Part shown: in pieces, positions 38,575-49,735 of the stretch
Position numbering within the stretch: the first letter of the stretch is position 1
Layout: each line of letters begins with the position of its first letter
The notes under the pieces: generated by a model
Seen by the model: only the letters and a program-made list of their open reading frames with translations
Databases searched by the model: none
Told to the model about the DNA's origin: nothing
Translations under genes and position numbers: made by a program
Assembly: GCA_018065985.1 (NCBI GenBank)
Contig: JAGHSF010000019.1
Location: forward strand, 6,328 to 70,327
DNA from: Candidatus Cryptobacteroides choladohippi
GTDB taxonomy: Bacteria; Bacteroidota; Bacteroidia; Bacteroidales; UBA932
Length of the DNA: 64,000 nucleotides
Reading direction: 5' to 3'

Positions 38575-39516
38575 TTATTCTGAAATACCACCAACTAAAT
38601 CAAGAATTTCTGCAGTAATTTTTTGCTGGCGGCCCTTATTGTACTCCAAAGTGAGTTCTGAGAGCAAATCCTGAGCGTTGTCGGACGCCGTCTGCATGGC
38701 AATTGTACGTGCTGCATGCTCCGCTGCGGCAGAATCCAGAACAGCGGCATAGAACCTGAGCATCAGCACCTGAGGCCCGAGTTTTTCAAGGACCTCCTTC
38801 CTTCCGGGCTCGATTATGTATTCCTCATCTTCAGAATCCTTCACAAAGGCGGCACTTGAACCTGAAGAAGTCAGATTCTCCACAACGACCACCTGTTTTG
38901 CCGTGGTCACGAAGTGATTATACACCAGAATCACGTCGCCGAACTCATCCTGAATCCCCTTTGCTATCCTGGAGGCGGCCGCATACGTCGGCTTTGCGAT
39001 GAACTGAGAATAGTCGTCGGTCGGGTAGCCTGCCTTTTTCATGGCATCCGCCATCTTGCGTCCCAGCGAGTACACCGTTACCTTACTGCCCTTATCCTCA
39101 AGATCCTTTGCAAGCTCAAGAGTCTTCTTTATCACATTTCCGTTGAATGCCCCGCAAAGACTCGAATTGGAAGAGATCGACACGATTGCGACTGCATTGC
39201 GTACGGCAGAACTTCCGTTTCGGTCCATCCCATCCTCCGACTCCGCCAGCGGTCCCCCGGACACGGTTCTGCCCGGGCAGGCGCCATCGTCCTCCACTGA
39301 GGGGATCGCGCTGCTGTCTCGAAGGTCAGCGGCCGAAAGGTCGCCGGAAAGCTCGGAAAGGATCTTGGAAAGTTCCTCCTCGTACGGCCTCAGATTCTCA
39401 ATGGCCCTCTGCGCCTTCCTCAATTTGGAAGAAGCCACGAGTTTCATGGCCGATGTGATCTTCAGCGTCGACTTTACCGATCCGATGCGGTCTTTTATTT
39501 CACGCAAGGATGCCAT
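38575..39516 (-). CDS. atpG: F-type ATP synthase subunit gamma (with an extra acidic/Gly-rich segment of roughly 35 residues)
   Basis: MASLREIKDRIGSVKSTLKITSAMKLVASSKLRKAQ ... SSNSSLCGAFN ... TLEYNKGRQQKITAEILDLVGG. Confidence 0.9.
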   Translation of the reverse strand: MASLREIKDRIGSVKSTLKITSAMKLVASSKLRKAQRAIENLRPYEEELSKILSELSGDLSAADLRDSSAIPSVEDDGACPGRTVSGGPLAESEDGMDRNGSSAVRNAVAIVSISSNSSLCGAFNGNVIKKTLELAKDLEDKGSKVTVYSLGRKMADAMKKAGYPTDDYSQFIAKPTYAAASRIAKGIQDEFGDVILVYNHFVTTAKQVVVVENLTSSGSSAAFVKDSEDEEYIIEPGRKEVLEKLGPQVLMLRFYAAVLDSAAAEHAARTIAMQTASDNAQDLLSELTLEYNKGRQQKITAEILDLVGGISE

Positions 39517-39517
39517 T

Positions 39518-41101
39518 CTAACTGTTCAGATGATTGCAGATGGCCGCAGCTTCGGCTTCAATGACTTCAGTTGCGCCCTCAGGCACCTTGCCGCTGCCAA
39601 GCGCCTGCAGAAGGTCGCTGTGGTTTGAGCGCATGGAATCCAGGAACAGAGTCTGGAACTCGGGCACCTGGTCTATGCGTATGTCGGCCATGAGAGAATG
39701 CGTGCCGCAATAAAGTATTGCAACCTGCTCGCCTACCGGCATGGGGCTGTACTGAGGCTGCTTGAGCAGCTGATTGTTCTTGCGGCCCTTGTCGAGAGTC
39801 ATCGCGGTGACTTTGTCCATATCGGACGAGAACTTGCTGAAAGCCTCCAGCTCGCCGAACTGCGCCTGGTCGATCTTCAGCGTACCCGCAACCTTCTTCA
39901 TGCTCTTGACCTGGGCGCTGCCGCCCACACGTGACACGGAGATACCCACGTTGATCGCAGGACGGAATCCCGCATTGAAGAGCGAACTCTCAAGGTATAT
40001 CTGTCCGTCGGTGATGGAGATCACGTTGGTGGGGATGTATGCTGAGACATCACCAGCCTGAGTCTCGATGATAGGCAGGGCGGTAAGCGATCCGCCGGCC
40101 TTCACCTTGCCCTTCAGGCATTCGGGAAGGTCGTTCATCTTCTCGGCAACCTCCTGCTGGCTGATGATCTTGGCGGCACGCTCGAGAAGACGGGAGTGCA
40201 GATAGAACACATCGCCAGGGTATGCCTCACGGCCCGAGGGACGACGCAGGATCAGCGACACCTCACGGTAGGCCACAGCCTGCTTGGAAAGGTCGTCGTA
40301 CACCACGAGGGCATGACGGCCGGTATCTCTGAAATACTCGCCGATTGCGGCACCTGCGAAAGGCGCATAGTACTGCAGGGCGGCGGGATCGGCTGCCGTT
40401 GCGGCAACCACGATGGTGTAGTCCATGGCACCTTTGGCGCGCAGGGTCTGGACTATGGATGCGACGGTGGAACCCTTCTGGCCCACAGCCACATAGATGC
40501 AATATACAGGATCGCCCTTCAGGAAGTTCTCCCTCTGGTTGATGATCGTGTCGATTGCGATGGCTGTCTTGCCTGTCTGGCGGTCGCCGATGATGAGCTC
40601 GCGCTGGCCGCGACCGATAGGAATCATAGCGTCGATGGCCTTGAGGCCTGTCTGAAGAGGCTGGGTGACCGGTTCACGGAAGATGACACCGGGAGCCTTG
40701 CGTTCGAGAGGCATGCGGACGGTCTCGCCCTCAACGGGGCCCATACCGTCAAGCGGGGAGCCGATAGGGTCAATCACTCTTCCGAGCAGGCCCTCTCCTA
40801 CCTCGACACTGGCAATGGTTCCGAGCCTGTGCACCTTCATGCCCTCCTTCACGAGGTCGGTAGGGCCAAGAAGCACCGCTCCGACGTTGTCTTCCTCCAG
40901 GTTCATCACCACGGCCTTGACGCCACAGGCGAACTCAAGAAGTTCACCGGCTTCCGCACCCGTGAGTCCGTAGATACGGGCAACGCCGTCAGATATTGTA
41001 AGCACATGACCGACCTCCTCCCACTCCGGGGTGGTCTTTATGCCCCTGAGCTGTTCAAGCAGAAGGTCGGAGATTTCACTTGCTTTGATTGTTTGCGCCA
41101 T
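39518..41101 (-). CDS. atpA: F-type ATP synthase subunit alpha
   Basis: [24 protein letters not shown] (P-loop) and [13 protein letters not shown] are present. The protein is 527 aa. Confidence 0.95.
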   Translation of the reverse strand: MAQTIKASEISDLLLEQLRGIKTTPEWEEVGHVLTISDGVARIYGLTGAEAGELLEFACGVKAVVMNLEEDNVGAVLLGPTDLVKEGMKVHRLGTIASVEVGEGLLGRVIDPIGSPLDGMGPVEGETVRMPLERKAPGVIFREPVTQPLQTGLKAIDAMIPIGRGQRELIIGDRQTGKTAIAIDTIINQRENFLKGDPVYCIYVAVGQKGSTVASIVQTLRAKGAMDYTIVVAATAADPAALQYYAPFAGAAIGEYFRDTGRHALVVYDDLSKQAVAYREVSLILRRPSGREAYPGDVFYLHSRLLERAAKIISQQEVAEKMNDLPECLKGKVKAGGSLTALPIIETQAGDVSAYIPTNVISITDGQIYLESSLFNAGFRPAINVGISVSRVGGSAQVKSMKKVAGTLKIDQAQFGELEAFSKFSSDMDKVTAMTLDKGRKNNQLLKQPQYSPMPVGEQVAILYCGTHSLMADIRIDQVPEFQTLFLDSMRSNHSDLLQALGSGKVPEGATEVIEAEAAAICNHLNS

Positions 41102-41577
41102 TATACTAATCTGTTGTTGCTGATAATAAACTGCCGGCGTATCAGATCAAGGCGATGACGCACCGAGGCGTCAAGCTGACGGTCGCCGGCTTCGATCACG
41201 AAGCCTCCTATGAGGCAAGGGTCAATGGTGGTCTCGATGAACACCCTGCAGCCGAACTGTTCCTCCAGAACAGGGCGCAGGCGGTCCTCCAGACCAGGTG
41301 AGGGTGCAGCCACGGACAGTGTGACCATGACCACGCCTATGGAGTCATGGTACAACTCGAGGAAAGTGTGGAAGATGCCGCGCACATGCTCGACCCTGCC
41401 TTTGCTCACCAGCATCTCCATGAATCTCTGGAGTTCCGGCTCAAGGACGATTCCGGACATATCCCTGCCGCTCAGAAGCTCACGCACCTGGGCACTCACA
41501 CGCTCCCCACCCCCGGTCTCCTGGACATAGGCCAGAAGAGCCTTGGCGTAACGCTTGGATATGATTCCGGTATTCAT
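41101..41577 (-). CDS. atpH: F-type ATP synthase subunit delta (OSCP)
   Basis: The N-terminus [13 protein letters not shown] and the C-terminus [20 protein letters not shown] are present. The gene sits between atpF and atpA. Confidence 0.8.
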   Translation of the reverse strand: MNTGIISKRYAKALLAYVQETGGGERVSAQVRELLSGRDMSGIVLEPELQRFMEMLVSKGRVEHVRGIFHTFLELYHDSIGVVMVTLSVAAPSPGLEDRLRPVLEEQFGCRVFIETTIDPCLIGGFVIEAGDRQLDASVRHRLDLIRRQFIISNNRLV

Positions 41578-42080
41578 CAGTTAATACGGCTCTGTGATAC
41601 TTCCTCAACCATCCTGTCGATCAGCGAAAGCTGCTCGCCGGCATCCGACAGGTCCTTTTTCACGAGTTTTTCCGCTACCTCCACGCTGATGGCGGCCACC
41701 TGGGCACGGATGTCGCGGATGGCAGACTCCCGTTCTGCTGCAATCTCCACCTTTGCATGCTCGATCATCTTCGCAGCCTCCTGGGCAGCCTGCTCCTTTG
41801 CCTGGGCGACCATCTGGTCACGGGTGCGGGAGGCTTCCTGAAGGATGCGCGTCTGCTCGAGCCGGGCCTGCTGGATCATCTGTTCCTGCTCCTCGGCAAG
41901 GGAAGCGAGCTTCTCCTCCGCCTCCTTGGCCTTGGCAATGCTCTCGTTGATGCGCTCGCTGCGCTTTACAACGGAGCCGGTGATCATCGGGAAGCCGAAT
42001 TTTGCAAGGACGAAGAAGACGATGCCGAAGATCAGCGTCATCCAGAACAGCAGTCCGAAGTCAGGTGTAATCAGACTCAT
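41577..42080 (-). CDS. atpF: F-type ATP synthase subunit b
   Basis: A single N-terminal transmembrane helix is followed by a long charged helix (EEQEQMIQQARLEQTRILQEA...). The operon position fits. Confidence 0.8.
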   Translation of the reverse strand: MSLITPDFGLLFWMTLIFGIVFFVLAKFGFPMITGSVVKRSERINESIAKAKEAEEKLASLAEEQEQMIQQARLEQTRILQEASRTRDQMVAQAKEQAAQEAAKMIEHAKVEIAAERESAIRDIRAQVAAISVEVAEKLVKKDLSDAGEQLSLIDRMVEEVSQSRIN

Positions 42081-42083
42081 CTC

Positions 42084-42338
42084 TTACTGTGTGATACCGA
42101 TAAGGCAGACAAGGATTGCGAAAAGACATGCACCCTCGACGAGCGCACCGATGATGATGGCGGTCATACGGTAGTGACCTGCCTGCTCAGGCTGGCGTGC
42201 GCCTGCCTCGAGGGATGCCTTACCGATTTTGCCGATACCGAGTGCAGCAGCGAGTGCAGCAACACCTGCTGCGATGGCGATACCTGCTTTTCCGAGAGCT
42301 GCTCCTGCAGCTGCCTGAAGAATCATTGAAAGTAACAT
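42084..42338 (-). CDS. atpE: F-type ATP synthase subunit c
   Basis: This is an 84-aa two-helix proteolipid. It has a Gly-rich first helix (AAGVAALAAALGIGKIG) and a polar loop (ARQPE). Confidence 0.85.
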   Translation of the reverse strand: MLLSMILQAAAGAALGKAGIAIAAGVAALAAALGIGKIGKASLEAGARQPEQAGHYRMTAIIIGALVEGACLFAILVCLIGITQ

Positions 42339-42359
42339 AAGTCTATAAAATTTAAATTG

Positions 42360-43391
42360 TTATTCAGTTTCGGGCTCCTGCCTGCTGAGTCCGATGAACA
42401 CAGAGGAGAGCATTGTAAATACGTATGCCTGAAGGAACGCGACAAGGAGTTCCAGACAGTCCATGAACACACCGAAGAATACCGCAATGGCACTCAGCCC
42501 GGCATTCATCGCCGTACCTAGTTCAGCGGTGAGGAACACAACCGCAACCACACCCAGCAGCATGACGTGCCCGGCAAGGATGTTGGCAAAGAGCCTTATC
42601 ATCAAAGAGAACGGCTTGGTGAACATTCCTATTATCTCTATTGCGGGCATGAGGGGGAAGGCCTTCAGGAACAGAGGCACATCGGGCCAGAGTATGTCCT
42701 TCCAGTAGTGCTTGTTGCCAAAGATGTTCACCGCAAAGAATGTACAGAGTGCCAGCACGAGCGTGATGGCAATGTTTCCGGTTATGTTTGCGCCGCCCGG
42801 GAAGAACGGCACTATTCCCATGAGGTTGTTGATGAAGATGAAGAAGAAGGCCGTGAGCAGATACGGGCTGTACCGTTTGTAGTCCTTGCCCACGCAATCC
42901 TTTATTATGTCATCCTCGACCATGGTCACAAGCATCTCGACGAGGCCGGGGAAACCCTTCGGTGCCTCCTCCGAGGCATCGTGCTTCCGGTACCAGCCGG
43001 CACCAAGCAGGATTATCAGCACCACAAGGAAACTGTTCACCATCAGACCGAACACGTTCTTTGTGATGGATATGTCGAGGGGCTTGACAAGGTCGGTGCC
43101 CACAACTTCCACAAGCTTTCCCTCATGGGGCTCGCCCTTGGCCGCTATGCGCAGGCCTTCATAACTCTCACCCTCGGCAATATGCCTTGAGCTGAAGCAG
43201 TGCCAGCCACTTGTCCTGGAGTGTACGATAACGGGAAGATATATGCATACAGGCTTTCCCTTGATTGTGGTGATGTGCCATTCATAGCTGTCGCCCACAT
43301 GCCCGAAGAGGTACTCCTGCATATCCATGTCGGCTGCACCCGCAAAGGCAGGGAGCAGCAGCATGGTCAATATGAAAAGCAGCTTCTTCAT
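42360..43391 (-). CDS. atpB: F-type ATP synthase subunit a (with Bacteroidetes-type N-terminal extension)
   Basis: The C-terminal region LMIRLFANILAGH contains the conserved Arg. The start MKKLLFIL at 43391 forms an ATGA overlap with the atpC stop. Confidence 0.85.
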   Translation of the reverse strand: MKKLLFILTMLLLPAFAGAADMDMQEYLFGHVGDSYEWHITTIKGKPVCIYLPVIVHSRTSGWHCFSSRHIAEGESYEGLRIAAKGEPHEGKLVEVVGTDLVKPLDISITKNVFGLMVNSFLVVLIILLGAGWYRKHDASEEAPKGFPGLVEMLVTMVEDDIIKDCVGKDYKRYSPYLLTAFFFIFINNLMGIVPFFPGGANITGNIAITLVLALCTFFAVNIFGNKHYWKDILWPDVPLFLKAFPLMPAIEIIGMFTKPFSLMIRLFANILAGHVMLLGVVAVVFLTAELGTAMNAGLSAIAVFFGVFMDCLELLVAFLQAYVFTMLSSVFIGLSRQEPETE

Positions 43392-43626
43392 TTCTCCTCG
43401 ACACAAATGCTCATCTCATTGTCTTTCAGGCGCACCACGCCACCAAGAATCTCAAGCGACCCGGTGCTCTCCCCGGCACGCCACCTTACGCTTCCGGCAA
43501 CCAGGGTGGAAATGATGGGTGCATGGTTCACCAGCACCTCGAATTCACCAATCTCGCCGGGAAGGAAGATTGCATCAGCCTCGAATTCCTGAGACCGTTC
43601 CGGGGTCAAAATCCTGACTTTTATCA

Positions 43627-43627
<1 letters not shown>
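43388..43627 (-). CDS. atpC: F-type ATP synthase subunit epsilon
   Basis: The 79-aa protein has a beta-sandwich-type sequence (VRILTPERSQEFEADAIFLPGEIGEFEVLVNHAPIIS). It follows atpD. Confidence 0.8.
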
Positions 43628-45183
<1,556 letters not shown>

Positions 45184-45228
45184 TTAACTATTTTTTGTCA
45201 AACTTCCATTTTTGGTTAAATTAGCAAA

Positions 45229-46290
45229 ATGAAACGGTTTTTTGCATGGGCGGCAGCAGCCACAATCATCATCAGTCTCACATCATGCGGAGGCAAGAAC
45301 ATCGAAGTCGAACGCATCTGGGACAACGGTTACAGCGCATTCCCTTCCATTGTTGAATTCAATGGTAGATATTACGTATCCTGCCGCGAAGCAAAAAGCC
45401 ATATCTTCGACGAGAACGGCAAAGCCGACGGTAAAGCCAGAATCCTCGTTTCAAGAAACGGAAGGCGCTGGAAATCAGCAGCACTGCTCGAGAAGCCAGG
45501 TACCGACCTGCGCGATCCCAAACTGAGTGTCACACCGGACGGACGCCTCATGGTAACCATGGGAGGGTCAGTCTTCGAAGACAAGGAATGCGTGTCATAT
45601 TTCCCACAGGTGGCGTTCAGCTCCGACGGAAAAACCTTCACAGACCCGTCTCCTGTCAATTTTGATGAAAACATAACCGACAATAAAGAGTGGATCTGGC
45701 GTGTGACCTGGCATGGCGGCACCGGATACGGAGTGACCTACGGCCAGCATTTTGCCCTGGTGAAGACCACGGACGGCGTGAACTACACCCTGGTAAAGGA
45801 ACTCGGACTGGACAGGACGAACTTTCCCGGAGAAAGCACGATTCGTTTTGGAGCCGATGGCAGGATGTATATGATGGTTCGCTGTGACTCGGGCGACTGC
45901 CTGGGACGCTGGGGATGGAGCGATGCTCCGTACACCGACTGGACCTGGAAAGATATGGACTTTCACCTCGGAGGCCCCGACTTCATACTGCTCGGGGACA
46001 AGGTGGTTGCAGGCTCCAGGTATCATTTCCCAGGCGGGAAATGCCGCACAATGGTGCTGACCGGCAATCTCGAGGGTGACTTCGAAGAACGTTACCTCAT
46101 GCCTTCGGGAGGCGACACCAGCTACCCTGGATTCATCGACATGGGAAAGGAACTGTGGATGGTCTACTACTCCTGCCATGAGACGGCAGAGGGCGGTTCG
46201 CATGGTACCATATACGACTTCGACCCCAATGCCAAAGGCGCCCCAAAAGCCTCAATCTATCTGGCAAGAATACCGAAGTCCATGCTTTAA
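45229..46290 (+). CDS. Lipoprotein with sialidase/BNR (Asp-box) beta-propeller-like features
   Basis: The lipobox reads ISLTSC. Asp-box-like motifs are SRNGRRWKS and SSDGKTFTD. A repeated beta-strand-rich pattern runs through the protein. The function is not established. Confidence 0.45.
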   Translation: MKRFFAWAAAATIIISLTSCGGKNIEVERIWDNGYSAFPSIVEFNGRYYVSCREAKSHIFDENGKADGKARILVSRNGRRWKSAALLEKPGTDLRDPKLSVTPDGRLMVTMGGSVFEDKECVSYFPQVAFSSDGKTFTDPSPVNFDENITDNKEWIWRVTWHGGTGYGVTYGQHFALVKTTDGVNYTLVKELGLDRTNFPGESTIRFGADGRMYMMVRCDSGDCLGRWGWSDAPYTDWTWKDMDFHLGGPDFILLGDKVVAGSRYHFPGGKCRTMVLTGNLEGDFEERYLMPSGGDTSYPGFIDMGKELWMVYYSCHETAEGGSHGTIYDFDPNAKGAPKASIYLARIPKSML

Positions 46291-47288
46291 GCTATGGCGT
46301 CCATCACCTCGCGGTTTACCAGCGAGACCTCATGGGAATTGATCTTCGACTCTATCTCCCCTGATTCCACAACATTTATGAATTCCTCGAACTCGTAGAA
46401 GTATTCATCGTTCTCGAGGCCCTCTCTGATTACGGCGGGGCAGGTTGAAGGCCCGCGCCCTGAGGAGGGCGCCTGATGAGGGAGGAACGTTGCTCTGCGG
46501 CAGATATGAACAGCGTCCATAGCGATGTTGCCGCCTTCTCCACAAATCTCTGTAGGCAACTGACTGTCAACCACTTTTGAGAATGACAGCACTGCAGTCA
46601 TGCCAGGGTAGCCAAGTTCTACCGTGCCCTGTACGTCGGCGGGGCCGAACTCGGTGGGATACTTGATCAAGTTGGATTTCACGCTCTCCGGACGGCCGAA
46701 GAGAGCCACCGCCGGAAATGTGGTGTAGACTCCGATGTCGGCCAGAGCGCCGCCACCCATCTGCGGGTTGAAGGAGTTTGAAACCACTCCGGTCTTGAGC
46801 GCTTCATACTTTGATGAGAACTGGCAGAAAGACGAGCTGAAATGCCAGATTCTGCCCAGATCTACCATCTTCTCCCTGGCTGCCCGGAAGTTGGGGTTCA
46901 GGGTGGAGATCATCGCCTCCATCAGGCACTTTCCGCTGCTGCGGGAGGCTTCAATCATGCGGCGCACCTCATCAGCATTGCACGCCAGCGGCTTCTCGCA
47001 CAAGACGTGCTTGCCGCCCCTGAGTGCAGCCAGAGTGTAAGGGCAGTGTGTTGAATTGGGCGTACCAATGTAAACGGCGTCGATGCCGGGGCATGCCGCC
47101 ATCTCATCAACCGAGGTAAACACAAGAGCATCGGCATCGAACACCTCAGGATGCTTCTCTATGAACGCCCTTGCGTTTTCGGCGCTACGGGAACACACGG
47201 CAACCGCCCTGAACCTATGGTCCTGGACGGCGCCTTTCAAAACCCAGTCGCTGATGCGGCCGGTTCCTATTATACCGAAACGTACCAA
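46287..47288 (-). CDS. Gfo/Idh/MocA-family NAD(P)-dependent oxidoreductase
   Basis: The N-terminal Rossmann motif is VRFGIIGTGRISD, followed by EKPLACNADE. Confidence 0.8.
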   Translation of the reverse strand: MVRFGIIGTGRISDWVLKGAVQDHRFRAVAVCSRSAENARAFIEKHPEVFDADALVFTSVDEMAACPGIDAVYIGTPNSTHCPYTLAALRGGKHVLCEKPLACNADEVRRMIEASRSSGKCLMEAMISTLNPNFRAAREKMVDLGRIWHFSSSFCQFSSKYEALKTGVVSNSFNPQMGGGALADIGVYTTFPAVALFGRPESVKSNLIKYPTEFGPADVQGTVELGYPGMTAVLSFSKVVDSQLPTEICGEGGNIAMDAVHICRRATFLPHQAPSSGRGPSTCPAVIREGLENDEYFYEFEEFINVVESGEIESKINSHEVSLVNREVMDAIA

Positions 47289-47291
47289 TGC

Positions 47292-47807
47292 CTAGAGCAT
47301 TACTACGCAGCGGAACTGCATGGCCTCGGGGATGAATGACTCGTCGAGTTCGTAGTCGAAGTCGCTTGCCGTGTAGCAGATAGTAACGCCGCCGATTCCG
47401 ATCTCATAATCGACCTCCTCCGTGTAGAAGTACCAGTCATCGTACCCGTCGCCGTCAACGTCACCAGGACACCATTCCTTAAGTCTGATGTAGGGCATCT
47501 CGATCTGAGTGGCGGTGGACTTGTCGTAGTCATAGACGCGGTACATCTTTATCAGACCGTAGTCAAATGCATCTTCGGTGATTTCGGGAACATCCACGGT
47601 CGCACTGAAGTAGTTGTTATTGTCGACGTCAGAATACTCCCAACTGCTCTCGGGCACATTGATGATGACAGTCTTGATTGTGGCTACACCATCCAGGCCA
47701 TCTCTACCATCACGGCCAGGAAGACCGTCCAAACCGGGTTCACCACGGCAGGATGAGAGGAACAACATAGGGAGGCAAAGAAGTGCTGCCAAAAATAATC
47801 TTTTCAT
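47292..47807 (-). CDS. Small lipoprotein with a short collagen-like G-X-Y stretch
   Basis: The lipobox reads LFLSSC and is followed immediately by GEPGLDGLPGRDGRDGLDG. The rest is an acidic, aromatic-rich domain of unknown function. Confidence 0.55.
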   Translation of the reverse strand: MKRLFLAALLCLPMLFLSSCRGEPGLDGLPGRDGRDGLDGVATIKTVIINVPESSWEYSDVDNNNYFSATVDVPEITEDAFDYGLIKMYRVYDYDKSTATQIEMPYIRLKEWCPGDVDGDGYDDWYFYTEEVDYEIGIGGVTICYTASDFDYELDESFIPEAMQFRCVVML

Positions 47808-47819
47808 ATCTTATGGAAT

Positions 47820-49361
47820 TTAACGACGTGATGAACTTGAAGACGCGCTGCGGCTGCTTGAGCTGCTGCCGGCAGAGCGGCTTGTTGACGATGCGCTGGT
47901 GCTGCGGCTTGCAGATCCTGCAGAAGAGCTTCTGCTGGCGCTGGATGAGCTGGTAGCTGCGCTTCTGGTGCTGGTGCTGCTGGTGCTGGCACTGCTGGAA
48001 GAGCCTCGCTTTGTGGTGGAAGTACTGCCAGATGCAGTGGTGGTGCGCACGGTGGTCTCAGATGCACCCGAGTCGCTTACCCGGCTCCTGACGGTAGTCT
48101 GGCTGGATGAAGCCCTGGGCGTGCTGCTGTTTGCAGTACTGCGGCTTGCGGAGCCGGTGGAACTGCTGGATGTGGTTGCACTGCGGCTGCTTGAGCCGGA
48201 AGCTGCGCTCCTGGTAGCACTTGAGGTGGCTGCGCTGCGGCTTGCTGAGCTGCTGGAGGTGGCGGCACTGCGGCTGGCTGAGCTGCCTGAAGTGGCGGCA
48301 CTGCGGCTGCTTGAGCTGGAAGCTGCGCTTCTGGCAGCACTTGAGGTGGCGGCGCTGCGGCTTGCTGAACTGCTGGAGGTGGCTGCGCTGCGACTTGCGG
48401 AACTGCCCGAAGTGGCGGCGCTGCGGCTGCTTGAACTGCTTGAGGCAGCGCCTCTTCCGGTCACTGAACCGCCGCGGGTCGAGCCGCTTCTGGTAACTGA
48501 AGATGCCTCGTATGACTCGCGGATGTCGCGGGCATTGGCTGCGCGGCCGCTGGTGGCTGAAGCCACATTGGCATTGCGTACCGTGAACGAGCGCTCAGGA
48601 TGCTGCTGACCGTAGTCGTTGCGCATCATGGGCTGAGCTACGCGCTGGTAGCCGGGATAGTGGCAGGCTGTGGCATAGCGGAACTCGTGACAGTAGTGAT
48701 GGTTATGCATGTATGTGCGCACATATGCATGGTAGTGGCTCAGATACAGAGGAACGGGATGATGGTAGTGGTGAGGCCAGTGATCCCAGCACCAGGGTGA
48801 GCGCCAGGGGTTGTAATGAGGACGGCCGAAATGGATGAAGATTGCAGGTGTCGCATAGAACACGGGCTCGACGATGAAATTGGGGCCGTAGATGTAAGGT
48901 GCGCCGATGATCTGGACATAAGCCTTGGAAGGGCTATTGTACTCACATACGAGAGTTGCAACATCCTGATAGATGTTGGCAGCAAGAACGGCCTGGATCA
49001 CGAATACATGGTTCCTGCCCTCGACTGTTTCCATGACACGCAGATAATCCACGTAACCGTCATTGTTCAGATCAAGGTTGGAAAGCATGAAGGAGTCATT
49101 GTTGAGAAGGTTCTCGAACTCCTCTATCGTGTTCGACTGCGCAAATGCCGCGCCAACGGCCTGAAGGTCGAGGTACAGCGAGATATCCTCACTTGCTGCA
49201 ACCACGCGTGTGGTCGTGGTGACCGTATGTGTCCTGGGCACTGTCACGGTCGTGTAATAGGCGCTCGTGCGGCCTACGTGCGACGACTCGGTGACAATCC
49301 TTGTAGGGCAGCAGCCCGCAGCCACTGCAAGAAGGGTCAGAATGTACAGATAACGTCTCAT
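47820..49361 (-). CDS. Secreted hypothetical protein: globular N-terminal domain, His/Tyr/Pro-rich segment and a low-complexity Ser/Ala/Thr/Arg tandem-repeat tail of roughly 230 residues
   Basis: The start is taken at MRRYLYILTLLAVAAGCC (49361). The core contains WCWDHWPHHYHHPVPLYLSHYHAYVRTYMHNHHYCHEF. The tail is built of SRSAATS(G/S)SSA-type units. The open frame is maintained across about 700 bp of repeats. Confidence 0.6.
   Translation of the reverse strand: MRRYLYILTLLAVAAGCCPTRIVTESSHVGRTSAYYTTVTVPRTHTVTTTTRVVAASEDISLYLDLQAVGAAFAQSNTIEEFENLLNNDSFMLSNLDLNNDGYVDYLRVMETVEGRNHVFVIQAVLAANIYQDVATLVCEYNSPSKAYVQIIGAPYIYGPNFIVEPVFYATPAIFIHFGRPHYNPWRSPWCWDHWPHHYHHPVPLYLSHYHAYVRTYMHNHHYCHEFRYATACHYPGYQRVAQPMMRNDYGQQHPERSFTVRNANVASATSGRAANARDIRESYEASSVTRSGSTRGGSVTGRGAASSSSSSRSAATSGSSASRSAATSSSSASRSAATSSAARSAASSSSSRSAATSGSSASRSAATSSSSASRSAATSSATRSAASGSSSRSATTSSSSTGSASRSTANSSTPRASSSQTTVRSRVSDSGASETTVRTTTASGSTSTTKRGSSSSASTSSTSTRSAATSSSSASRSSSAGSASRSTSASSTSRSAGSSSSSRSASSSSSRR
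48181..48420. repeat. Two tandem 120-bp higher-order repeat units inside the Ser-rich tail
   Basis: 48181-48300 and 48301-48420 both begin ctgcggctgcttgagc.ggaagctgcgct. They differ at only scattered positions. Each encodes about 40 aa made of 11-aa SRSAATSxSSA subunits. Looser copies extend over about 47830-48520. Confidence 0.85.
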
Positions 49362-49388
49362 AGAAGTGTGTGTGTTATTTCGTTTCTG

Positions 49389-49396
49389 CAAATATA
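49389..49396 (-). promoter_or_regulatory. Candidate -7 promoter box (TATATTTG) for the Ser-rich-protein operon
   Basis: The reverse complement of caaatata matches TAnnTTTG. It lies 28-35 nt upstream of ATG 49361. Confidence 0.4.
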
Positions 49397-49735
49397 GCAA
49401 ACATTTTGCCAGAACTTTGCAAGGCAGGGGCCGGACCTGATAAAAAAGTCGCAGTTTGGTCCCGAGAGTAAACGTCATGCATATTTTCAAAAAAGTAAGG
49501 AGCGACATTTTAATTGCTATCCGAAATAAATTTCAGCATTTATGCTTACAATTTATAAGTAATATCCCAAAATTACGCCCCGATTATCATATACAATATA
49601 GTATTTAGGCTTACAGATTCAAACTGGCAATTAATAAAATTTTTGAAAAATCATCAAAATTCCCTATTTTGCGCGGAATTTAGCTTTTTAGGCGAAAATA
49701 CACTGAGTGTATAAATATAACAATCTAATATCATT

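Noticed and set aside
39241-39290. Possible relationship between the AtpG insertion DNA and the 42-bp palindromic repeat family (shared gtcccccgg and ggttctgccc-like strings)
   Set aside because: The shared strings are only about 9-10 nt, occur in a different order, and sit in very GC-rich DNA. This is too weak to claim homology without a proper alignment statistic.
40196-41158. 320-aa plus-strand ORF
   Set aside because: It is antisense to atpA. The same reasoning applies to 43927-44469 and 44608-45141, which are antisense to atpD.
47899-48609. 236-aa Leu/Ala/Glu-rich repeat ORF on the plus strand (also 48221-48496)
   Set aside because: It is the mirror image of the Ser/Ala/Arg repeat on the minus strand. 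The minus-strand frame has a signal peptide, a promoter box and continuity with a non-repetitive N-terminal domain. The plus-strand ORF exists only because the repeat lacks stop codons in several frames.
49560-49735. Promoter box upstream of the locus-2 susC (ctattttgcg at about 49664)
   Set aside because: It reads TATTTTG, one base short of the TAnnTTTG consensus, so I did not list it as a feature.
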